Assembly (NCBI GenBank): GCA_964016885.1
Contig: OZ024740.1
Span: forward strand, 367,164,001 to 367,228,000
From: Eledone cirrhosa
Lineage: Eukaryota
DNA length: 64,000 nt
Direction: 5' to 3'
The notes below the pieces were generated by a model. The model saw only the letters and a list, made by a program, of their open reading frames with translations. It was not told the origin of the DNA and searched no databases. How positions within the stretch are numbered: the stretch's first letter is position 1; every line of letters begins with the position of its first letter. This document shows positions 51,744-64,000 of this stretch, piece by piece. Position numbers and translations under genes: made by a program.

Positions 51744-53370
51744 ATGTTAAGTAAGTGTTGTAGGGTTAGGACATCTTAGGAATGGGGGATGACTGTGTAT
51801 AGGGATTTGATGCCGAGGGTGAAGAGAAGGTGCGGGGAGCCAGGTGGCAAAATGAAGGAATTGAAGAGGTGGAGGGCGTGGTTAGTGTCAGAAATGTGGG
51901 ACCGTAGGCTAGCAACCAGTAGGGAGAATATAGAATCAAGAAAGGAGGGGACTAGTTCAGTGACTCCATCCCCTATTCCCAATTCTTCCGTCTATGCCGC
52001 CTGTGTAGTCGAACCCATCATTCAACTCTCATTACATGGCCAGACATCTCCCTAGAGGTGGATACCCCCTACACTGATCTAAGCCGCCCTCACCCATACC
52101 CGCGGCGTCGATTGCACCAGTGCCCTTACTTCACGCTTCAGACACCCTACCAACCGACTTCCTATCCCCCTTACCACCCTTCTACCTTGCCCCTCCAGAA
52201 GATGATCCTCCATCCTTTCCGCCGTCTACAGTCTGTTCCATCAACCTCCACCATTCCCCCCCTTCATTCGAGCGCGCTCGTAACCTTCGGAAAATCTTCG
52301 TCCGTAGCGCCCTTAATTCGCCCAACACCTCTCCTGGATTCCACCCTATTCCCAACCCCACTGCCATATATGCAGCTTTATCACCCAAACCACCACCCTT
52401 TTCCGTCCCCATGACCGTTCTTGCCGGGTTAGGGACACCTTCAGCTGCAACTCCACCAGCCTTGTCTATGGGATCCGTTGTACTCTGTGCGGAGCTATCT
52501 ACCATGGTCAGACTGGCCGTCATCTGGCTGAGGAAACAGCAACTTATTTTCTCCTTAGAAAGCTTTCTTCCCCCTCACCACCCATCTACCTTTAATCTAC
52601 TCTGTCATATACTCTCTCTGACACACTAAACTCCGTCTTTTATCCTATGACACATACTCCTTAATACATACACACTTACATACATATCCCAGTTAGATCT
52701 TTCACGTACACATAAACTTCAACATACATACACATGTTATTATTTATCATAAGGGCGGTGGATTGGCAGTATCGGTAGAGAGTCGGACACCATGCTTTGA
52801 AGCATAGAGTTACGTCCCTTTACGATCTGAGTTCAAATCCCGCCGAGGTTGACTTTGCCTTTCATCCTTACGGGGTCGATAAAATAAAGTACCAGTAATG
52901 TACTGGGTAATTGCTGGCCTTGTGCCTAAAATAGAAACAGTTATTATTTATCATACACTTACGCATAGTAATCCACTTTTATCACGGACATACACTACAC
53001 TACCGATACTTTATACACACACACACACACACACAATTACTTCAACGCACATAAACAGTTCACATACATGTCCACTACCAATAACACATGGATATACACC
53101 TACACTCAATTTCTTTGTTACTTTAAACATTTTACCTTTTAAATCATCCACATTTAAACTTACACTTACACTCACACATATAACAATACTAATACACACA
53201 CACCCACTTTGCGTTCTTACTCGTTACCAAGACTTATTTCCCCTTTTCATTTTCGTTTTACTTGTGTCTTTACTGGACATTTTTTCTCTTTCTCCATTGC
53301 AATCCCGCCTCTAATTGTACTCCTGAAGAAGGGCTTACCCCGACACGTCGAACTTTCGTTCCTCTTTACA
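51740..53370 (+). mobile_element. Decayed Penelope-like element with inverted 5' RT fragment, GIY-YIG remnant and degenerate 3' hammerhead
   Basis: Minus 51776-51982 reads LLFTLGIKSLYTVIPH (PLE RT motif A). Plus strand reads RARNLRKIFVRS and FSCNSTSLVYGIRCTLCGAIYHGQTGR (~52440-52520). CTGAAGAAGGGCTTACCCCGACACGTC at 53323-53349. Confidence 0.8.
52753..52946 (+). mobile_element. Nin-domain tRNA SINE
   Basis: Full-length and near identical to 59937-60122. Confidence 0.92.
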
Positions 53371-53390
53371 ATATATATATATATATGTAT

Positions 53391-54417
<1,027 letters not shown>

Positions 54418-54433
54418 ATATACATATATATAT

Positions 54434-54519
<86 letters not shown>

Positions 54520-55751
54520 TACTTTCATTATTGTATTAATCCATATTTTAATGTTGCCATCTAATTTCGATCTGTATAGGCTGTACTTTAAAGTCAGAAA
54601 CCCTTTTAACATGACCTCCAATTTCATGTTGATTTTTGAAGAATATCACCCATACCATAGATTGTAAACCTGAAGTTAATGTCATTTCTACAACTAGGAA
54701 GGAAACAAAAGAAACAAAAAACTAAATTCCATAGTCGGAATCGACAGCATACCAGGCATTTTTCGGAATATTATGGTAAGACAGGACATGCATGTGGGCA
54801 ATAAATTGTAGTTATGTCAACAACACAATATAATATGTATTTTATTATATCTTATTTTCTTGCAAGCTGAAAGGTTGTGGTCATAGCCGTTTGGTTAATC
54901 CGATTTGAATCTAAGTCTGACGTCTTGTGCCACATCGCATTCGTTTAATTTAATGGAATATTTAATGCTCTAACATAATGATAACCTATTTCAAAATGGT
55001 TTATCTAGGCAAAAGAATGTGAAGTATTAGGTTTTGTTATTACTAGAAAATCTAGTGATTACTACAAGTTTTGTTCGTTTAAACTAATCTTACACTCATT
55101 CTCTTTATTTGTACTCACCTTTTAATACGCTTGATGAAATTACTTTCTAATATTTGTGTTGTTGAAAGAAAAATGTACAAAAACACTAATGCGTTCGACT
55201 TTTGAAAACATTAAATTAATACAATATAAAGCTTTGGATACCAAACTGCTTAAAACAGGCCTAGTTTTACGATACAAACTTATCTATTCGAAACTATTAA
55301 TATATGTCCCCCCCCCCCCACACACACACACCTCACATTAACCGTTAGTTATATTGTAAAATTTCCCCAAATTTTATGTTATTTTCATAATCATTTGTAA
55401 AAAAGAATTATTGTTTTTCACGAGAGAGTTAATATGACAGTACCATTAGGTGCTCGCAGTTTAACCTTGTGGTTACTTCGTTTATACCAAATATCAGCAG
55501 AAGTTTAAAACCCGATAAACCCCTCTCGTCATCATGCGCGCTATTCTTGCTTGATTTTTAAAATTGTCTAGATAATATTTTGTTTTCAATAACACAACTC
55601 TTCAGTTTTCATTCTCTTTGGAAAGTAAACAGGATACATAAAGCCTTTTCCGGAAGAAGAGAATACCCAGTATTTTATGCGCAGAATCAATTGTATAGGC
55701 CTCTAATACAGTGCTGCGTATTATCGTGTTAATTGTATAATACATACACAA

Positions 55752-55809
<58 letters not shown>

Positions 55810-56042
55810 GATATTAATAAATGGAAACTATATTTATAAAACCATATTTATTTCATTATACATATTTCAAGGATACCAAGTTAAATTATGGTATGCCTTC
55901 ATCAGACAAAATACAATATATATCAGTTTTACAAATAAGCATTGACTTACCCTTTCAAAATGCGACCATTACTTTTGGAGGATATCAGGATAGTGGTTTG
56001 TTTATATTATTTTAGTAAGTCTTAGTGTTAAGGACAATTACA

Positions 56043-56145
56043 AAAGACGGAGAGAGAGAGAAACGCGTGGAGAAAAGACGGAGAGAGAGAGAAAAGCGTG
56101 GAAAAAAAACGGAGAGAGAGAGAAAAGCGTGGAGAAAAAGGGAGA
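56043..56145. repeat. ~31-bp purine-rich tandem repeat x3
   Basis: AAAAGACGGAGAGAGAGAGAAA(A/C)GCGTGGA repeated. Confidence 0.85.
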
Positions 56146-57183
56146 GATAAGTAAAGAAAAAGAGGAAAGAAAAGAAGAAAAACGGAAAAAATAAGAAAAC
56201 AGAGGAAAGCAACAGAGAGATATCAAACCATCAGACAGAGAGAAAAAAACTCAAGAGAGAGAAATAAGAGATAGAGAGAGGGGGAGAGAACGAAAGCCTT
56301 AAGTCATGTCATATTAAGTTGAGTTAACAATTGAGATGAAATGAATAAATAAAATTAGAAATATTAATATTCATGAATGGAATATACGTATATAATATGA
56401 GAAATTAATCATTGCTTAATTATGATTAGATATTTAGTTTAAAAATTGAGATCAATATACTAAAAATTGGAATTTAAACATTATTGTTTATTTCATATTT
56501 CATAACTATTTTATATTTTATTTTTTATTCCTGTACTTTATATATTTATAATGTCATTTTAAAATCCCCAATTCTTTCTTTCTCTAATATTTATACATAC
56601 ACCCGTACGCACACAAACTGACACACACTTATGCTACTCTATATGTGCGTCTCGTATGTGCATGTATATGCATATGTATGAGTTAACCAATACACATTCA
56701 CGCACGCACACACACATACTTATATAAATACATTGATAGACAGATAAATAAATGCTCTATTTACAGGATATAAATTACAACTTACAACTGAAAAATTTGT
56801 TTATCTATGTTGCTCTTGCTGCTTTTCACTCTGGAAGGGAAAGACAGTGCACATGACATTTTACGTGCTCCTCGAGTCTGGAAAATAGTGAGGAAATAGA
56901 GACTCTCCAAAATGCTTACAACAGGCTGAAGCCTGCTAATGCTCCTACGTACTAGATGGTGGTTTTAGACTGGGTGACACATTAAGTCTACCACCCAAAT
57001 ATAATAGAGTATGCTTTGGATTCAGAATGCAAAGCGCCGAAACAAATACAACTACACGATTTGCTTTGCACTCTGACGTGCAGCCAATTCACGATTGTGT
57101 GAGCGAGTATGTGTCTGTGTGTATGCGTTCCTGTGTGTCCATGTGGAAGTATGTGCGCATGCGTGTTTGTCTGCGTTCTCTCC

Positions 57184-57222
<39 letters not shown>

Positions 57223-58418
57223 GTCATGCATACACATCTCACTCTCTCTCCCTATATATATATATATTCATACACACCTACACAAATACTCGCACACAAA
57301 CACCCCCCACTATATTTATAAACACTGAATTGTACAATTTGTCTTCAAGATTTCTTATCCAGCATTTGCTCATGAGAAGTAGAATATTAACGAAAACCTT
57401 CTTATAAATCTTGACATTTATTGTCTTGAATGACACAAATTTCATTAGTAAATAAGGTGAACAATACGACTATATTGAATTGATTCCTGAATACAAATGT
57501 TTCAATATCACAGTAGCTGCTCAGTTAATATCACCAGTATTGTACAAAGAACTAAAGAAAATCAGGCTGTGATAGATTTGTTAATGACTGGAGAGAACAA
57601 TACCAATAAATATTCCAACAATGAACAGATCTTCAAGAAATTAAAAAAGGTCAAGTTTGTTGTCAACAACATTATATCACCTTTTATTAAATAAATTTTA
57701 AGGATTTCTTGTTTCACGATGTTAAAAAATAAACCCCTCATACTTTATATAATAAACAAGTGATAAAAAACAGCGTGTTCTGAAACATTTCCATGGCCAT
57801 GGTTAACAAAATATCTAATGCGTTACTCCAGAACATTTTGAAGGAGATGCCTAACAAAGATCCTAAATACCGGAATATGTTTCTTGCCTAAACCATAGTG
57901 GAGAAATAATTACGTGTCATAGAATACGAACCACCGCCATACTCAAGTGATATGAGTAGGGAGGTGGTTCGTTATCCCCACTATGATAGGCAACTAAGCT
58001 CGAGTCTGAGAGAAAAGAGATGCTGTGTAAAACTACGAACAACTTTACCTTATTGCGTAACATATTAGAGATCACCGGAGTATGATCAAGACGGTGTTAG
58101 TTTTGATTATTAGCAAACTCTATGTTGGTAATATTATTCAACTACATAATCTCTCTTCTCGGGTCAGAAATATTGGTTGTTTTTCTTTCTCCACACGGGA
58201 ATTTGAAATAATGGAGCTTTTGTATGAACGAATTCCTCTATCTTCTAATTGTTGCTGACACAGCCAGTCACAAGTGTTTAGAGATTTCTGGATTTTATCC
58301 TATATTTTATTTGTTAATCCAAACATTTTAGGCATCGTTAAAGAATGTGCATGAGAAATTAGGAAACAATAAATTTCTGTAGGGGTGCTTAAATTATAAG
58401 GATTACATGTAATATCGA

Positions 58419-59127
58419 TAACATAAGTTTAGCAGCATATCAGAAATTGATAATTCAGTTGATCTGGCCATTAAATCCAACTGCTGAAAGGGAAGCCACG
58501 GATATGTTTAGGTGTTATTTGACACCATAATCTACTTAGGTGACAAGAATAAAACACTTCCATAATCGGAAGAAAATACTACATGAGAGCATACCAAATA
58601 TAGACGTGTAGTTAGTTGTCAACTTTAGTCAACTTTTATTATCGCTGTAAATAACATTTACATAACATTTAAATTTCAAAGTCCCAATGTAATGAAATGT
58701 AAATATGTATCAGCGTGGGTTCGAAGAGAAAATACACGTCTATATTTGGTATGCTCCCATGTAGTATTTTCTTCCGACTATGGAAGTGTTTTATTCTTGT
58801 CACCTAAGTAGATTATGATGTCAAATAACACCTAAACATATCCGTGGCTTCCCTTTCAGCAGTTGGATTTAAAGGCCAGATCAACTGAATTATCAATTTC
58901 TGATATGCTGCTAAACTTATGTTGACTTTAGTCAACTATTATTATCGCTGTAAATACATTTACATAACATTTAAATTTCAAAGTCCCAATGTAATGAAAT
59001 GTAAATATGTATCAATGAGGGTTCAAAGAGAAAATACACGAACTCCACTGTGTATCGTTTGAATAATTTGTTAGTTTGAGTATATTTGATCGTGTATTCT
59101 CATACAATTTCCCAAATGTTGAAATGA
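58419..59127. mobile_element. Fold-back element B-A-B'-A-tail (~303-bp unit)
   Basis: 58419-58608 is inverted to 58733-58923. 58622-58738 is direct to 58925-59040. The tail ends in (TA)n. Confidence 0.82.
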
Positions 59128-59139
59128 TATATATATATA

Positions 59140-60170
59140 TATCGTTTAAACATTTGGGAAATTGCATTAGAATGGGTGTCCAAATACACTACAAACTATC
59201 AGTTATGTTTAGGAGCTGTTTAAACTCATTAACATACAGAACGGTTGCCGGCCCAACAAAAACTAGAAATTTGTATTTCTGCTCTGAAATAGCGACGTAT
59301 ATATGAATTCACGTATAGTATATCTAATGATATACTGCATATTTATTTAAAAAAACATCTTGAAGATCATTCACTATGAATTTTAAACTAGTGATTACGA
59401 CACATACTTAGTCCCGGCAAAAGCAAAGCGAAGTAATCGACATTAGTACGGTTTCTCACTTGTAGTGATTGTCAAGACTGCATATTCCTTCACTTCTACT
59501 GAGAGTGATAGATGCTGGATTCTTATAGGATTCCAGTTATGTTTACGAACTGTTTAAAGGTAGTCACTACATTAAAATTCATAGCGAATGGTCATCAAAA
59601 TATTCTAAATAAACACGTAGATATACAATACGTTCATTCATATATACATCGCTATTTCAGAGCACCTATACTAATTTCTAATGTTTGCTGGGCCGGAAAT
59701 CGCTCTGTATGTTAATGAGTTTAAACAGCTCGTAAACATAACTAGAATCTTATAAGAATCCAGCTTCTATAATCTCGACAGAAGTGTAGGGATATGTAGT
59801 CTTGACAATCACTTACAAGTGAGAAACGGTACTACCGTCTACTATTCCCCTTTGCTTTTGCCGAGACAAAGTGATATAGTCACTACTTTAAAATGGTCTT
59901 CAAGTTGTTTTTAAATAAACATACATAATATTATTAGTGGGATTGGCAGTATCGGTAGAGAGTCGGACACCATGCTTTGAAGCATAGAGTTACGTCCCTT
60001 TATGATCTGAGTTTAAATCCCGCCGAGGTTAACTTTGCCTTTCATCCTTACGGGGTCGATAAAATAAAGTACCAGTAATGTACTGGGTAATTGCTGGCCC
60101 TGTGCCTAAAATAGAAACAATTATTAGTTATACTATACGTACATCACTATTTCAGAGCACCAATACTATA
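59140..60170. mobile_element. Fold-back/tandem element (~330-bp unit) with degenerate U3-A8-type hammerheads
   Basis: 59200-59555 is inverted to segments of 59555-59935. Motif GTAGT-C-TTGACAA-TCACTT ac AAGTGA-GAAA-CGGT-ACTAC at 59796-59835, mirrored at 59443-59481. Confidence 0.72.
59937..60122 (+). mobile_element. Nin-domain tRNA SINE
   Basis: Full-length, with an ATTATTAGT-like target-site duplication. Confidence 0.92.
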
Positions 60171-60177
60171 AATATAT

Positions 60178-60209
<32 letters not shown>

Positions 60210-60721
60210 ATATATATATATATAATATATATATAATATATATATATATATTGATTTATTGATATTTTATTTGAGTGACCCGAATCTTCCTGGTCGTTCT
60301 TTTTCGGCTGTACGGGTGATTTTAGGCATAATCTCTATGTGTTGGTAATTTAACGATGGTTATAGCTCTGATTTATCCAAATTATTGAGCCCTCTGCCAC
60401 ACATATCGGATATTGTTTATCGTTAATTCGTGAGCTGTTTTTCCGATTCTCGATTATTCTACTATAATATATATATATATATATATATAATATAATATAT
60501 ATATATATAATATATATATAATATATATATATAATATATATATAATATATATATATAATATATATATATAATATATATATATAATATATATATATATATG
60601 TGTGTGTGTGAGTGTCTGTGTGTGTTTGTATCTATCAATCTAACTGTTTCTCTCTCTCTCTCTCTCTCTCAATCTCTCTCTCTCTCAATCTCTCTCTCTC
60701 TCTCTCTTTCTATATATATAT

Positions 60722-61025
60722 ATCTATCTAAGGCGGATAAAATTCCCGAGATCCATGGACGAGTTCTCTCCAGCGGTCTCTGTCCCTCATTATCGCTGCC
60801 ATATCCTGCATCTCCAACAGACCAGTGTCTGTCCTTAGGGCATCAACATATGTTAACCTTGGTCTTCCTCTTCTAGTGTGTCCATGTAGGGGCTCCCAAA
60901 GGAGCACTGAGTGCAATGTCAACTCTGGATGTCGGTGAGCATGTCCAGCCAACCTCAGTCTCCTCTGTGTCACTTTTGAGCTGACTTTTGGGATGCTCCC
61001 ATACAGCTCTGAGTTTTTCATCCTC
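60722..61025 (-). mobile_element. RTE-type LINE 3' fragment
   Basis: RRLRLAGHAHR..LLWEP..RRGRPRLTYVD..DRDRWR, followed by a microsatellite tail. Confidence 0.88.
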
Positions 61026-61067
61026 AGTGTATACTATATATATATATATATATAGTATATATATGTA

Positions 61068-61109
<42 letters not shown>

Positions 61110-62018
61110 TATATATGTATACTATATATATATATATATACAAGAGTGTAAATCCGCATGCAAAATGTATGAAATGTATTAAATAGGTTAGCATACAAAG
61201 AAAGCATATTATTACAAAGTTCATATCTAGGTTGTTACAAACAACATATGGATAATGAAAAAATAAAAAAATGTATCAGATGGGTCGCAGTATTATTAAA
61301 ATCTGAAATCTGAAAAAGAGAAAGAAATACATTAGCCCAAACGATGTAATTTTTAAATGCTTGGTCTAGAAACCTTTATACTGGCTATGAATTATATTAT
61401 TTATTCTATTTACGGAAAATTTGAAATCTCAAGACATTTTAGAAGTAAAGAAAAATATGACCTTAAGTTAGAATCATGATGAATTAGGTATATAGCAACA
61501 CGTCTCAAAATTGAGGTTTATTAATAGCACCTTCGGAAAATATTGATTAAATAATCAACAAAAACTTGTTGAGATGTACAAGAGAAAAGTCGTTGATGTC
61601 TAGATTTGACGTCAAATATTAAGTAGCCAACAAATATGAACATATGAAGGCTATTTATCTTGGAATAGCCATAAATCAACATTCAATATCCGAGTGAAAC
61701 TTGGTTTATCCAAAGTTCTTCTTAAACTGATGAAATAAGTATCATTATGATATTGGCAAAAGTAATTTGATTTGTAGTCGATTACAATCGTCTATACATT
61801 TACTAAATTTAGGTGAGAAAAATTATCACAATATACATTTAGTATTTATGTAGTTACGATGAATATGATTACATTCAATATACATTCAATATTCAAAACC
61901 TTTTACAGTAGATTTTCTTTCAGCGGTCTCTAACTATATACCAGAAGACATGATGTTATGAGAACATTGAGAAATTCATTCAAACTTTCTTTTTATTATA
62001 TTAAATTCTGTTATGATT

Positions 62019-62230
62019 GTGAATTGGCAGAATCAATAAAGGGTTGAACAAAAGGATCTGGTGTTCTACGTATGGTATTTAGTTACGTTCTATGTTCAAA
62101 TTCTGCTGAGATCAACTTTGCCTTTCATCTTTCCGGGTTCGATAAAATGAAGCACCAGTTAAGTACTGTGTCAATATGATCGACTTTTCCCTGCCCACAA
62201 ACTTGCTAGCCTTTTGCCAATGTTAGAATA
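62019..62230 (+). mobile_element. Diverged Nin-domain SINE
   Basis: GAATTGGCAGAATC..GTTCAAATTC..GCCTTTCATCTTTCCGGGTTCGATAAAAT. Confidence 0.8.
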
Positions 62231-63445
62231 AATTACATTAAACACAATTAAGTTCTTTTGAGGAAAAGAAATATAATGAAGTCAGGGAAAAATTAAGAAA
62301 TAAATATATCAGGAAACCCTTTGACAGAAAACGTGAAAGAAAACTGTCGTCTCAAAACGCAAGCCTGTCGTTTCAAAACGCAAGCACTTTATAGAAAACT
62401 AGACGTCGTTGATGCAGGTAATATTTCCTCTCCATAGCCAACAATGTTTTAGAAAGAGTGTACCTAGGACGACATTATAAATGTCTTCCCTTTTTTCTTG
62501 ATAATTATGAGTGATAGGAAGGATATTTGAGTAATATTATTTTATTTTTTTGTAGGTCGTATGAGGGTATAGAATCTCTTCCATTGGTTGAAAGAGAGCG
62601 TAAGATGGTATGCAACATTGTGAGAATATAGCATAGCAACAGCTCTGTATTCTTAACGATTAAATCGCTGTTCAACCAGCTGTTAATCAAGGGCTGACAG
62701 GAACAGTACAGAAACAACAAACATCACAACAACAACAACAACAAGAGGTAGTTGTATTATTCACTATTAATTCTGAAGCTATTCAATAGGAATGCTGCAC
62801 TTAATTTAGTAAAGAAGTTGTAGAATATAGAGAATATATTACACTATAACTGAGTATACTGTCGTTTTTTATATTATTATTAAGCCTCAAGCCAAATCAG
62901 ACTGAGCGAACCTGTAATTACAAACCTTTCAAGTGTACCTATATAATCTACTTCCATACACATTGTATCCGAGATTACGTTATACAATATGTCTTGTGTG
63001 GTTTTAATAAAGTTTGCTGGCTATTTTCTGGCAGGTTATTCAACCATGTAGTAGCTAGCTTCTTGTCTCGTAACAGATGCAATCTTTCTTTTAAGGTTTT
63101 GTGTAATATAGTGTGATATCGTCTATTGCAAAATGAATTGAATTGTACGCAATTCTTATATTATTACAGCATTCTTGTGTTATTTATGGCTTGCTTATTA
63201 TTACATGTTATCATTGTCAAACTGCTGGACTTGGCCCAATGTAAGAAATCACTACAATGTTTTATAATATATTACATTGGTCAAACACTATTTTATTGGC
63301 AATAATATTGGAGTCATTTCAGAGTAAATTTGAGGTGCCGATTCCAAACATGGCATCCGTGTGCCAATGTGTGCCAGTGTTTGATATATATATATATATA
63401 TATATAATCGGTATTATATTTAGAGAAGAAGTCTAGGTTGTTAAT

Positions 63446-63505
<60 letters not shown>

Positions 63506-64000
63506 GCATACACACAGATGTATGTTGTATATGTATATATGTACAATTGCTAAATCTATTGCATAATATTTTGTTATAGCATCAACATGTGTGTGTATAT
63601 ATATAATGTGAGAACACAATCACAAACATAATTGTGATACATATATATATGATAAAATTATATCTGTAATCAAGACTGCACTAATATGAATTTAAATATA
63701 CGCATTGATAATATGAAGGCATGTAAACATGCCAGAAAATGTGAAGCTCCCTGCAAATTGAAAAACTACGTCCAAAGATCGATTAAGGGTGTTTATCATT
63801 TTTTTAATTTACAGAAATGTTACTATTTATGTTTATATGCCTATATATGTGTATATGTGTATATCTATATTCACATTGTTGCAGTCTGGGTTACTCACTC
63901 TATGTATACCGATATATTTTATCGTACACTTCAACAGCTAGCACTTTTCTGGTACTTACAATAATAAGCACACAAGAAATACATAAACAAGTTGTATGCA

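Noticed and set aside
57330-58418. Possible decayed PLE RT remnants (also ~2590-3050, 42300-42650 and 61200-61900)
   Set aside because: Only vague motif resemblance by eye. A BLASTX or HMM search is needed.

Overview
AT-rich, microsatellite-dense eukaryotic DNA with no recognisable host protein-coding gene. It is most likely cephalopod/Octopus-type, inferred from the tRNA-derived Nin-domain SINEs and the (TA)n/(CA)n load. The window is a pile-up of retroelements: a near-full-length decayed Tx1/L1-type LINE, R4/Dong-, CRE- and RTE-type fragments, Penelope-like elements (PLE; RT + GIY-YIG), about 12 SINE copies and a non-autonomous Helitron. The main hidden signal is non-coding. I read about 15 type-I hammerhead ribozyme (HHR) motifs with complete topology and about 5 degenerate ones, from at least 9 sequence-unrelated families. 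Most sit in ORF-less 300-600 nt fold-back or head-to-tail units inserted in (TA)n tracts, which look retrozyme-like or PLE-pLTR-derived. They include a tandem with ribozymes 529 nt apart, U3-A8 and U4C core variants, recurrent 10.1/11.1 mismatches, and one copy that folds back at the predicted cleavage site. All structures were read by eye. Ribozyme activity and family names are unverified, and boundaries are approximate to within a few bases.
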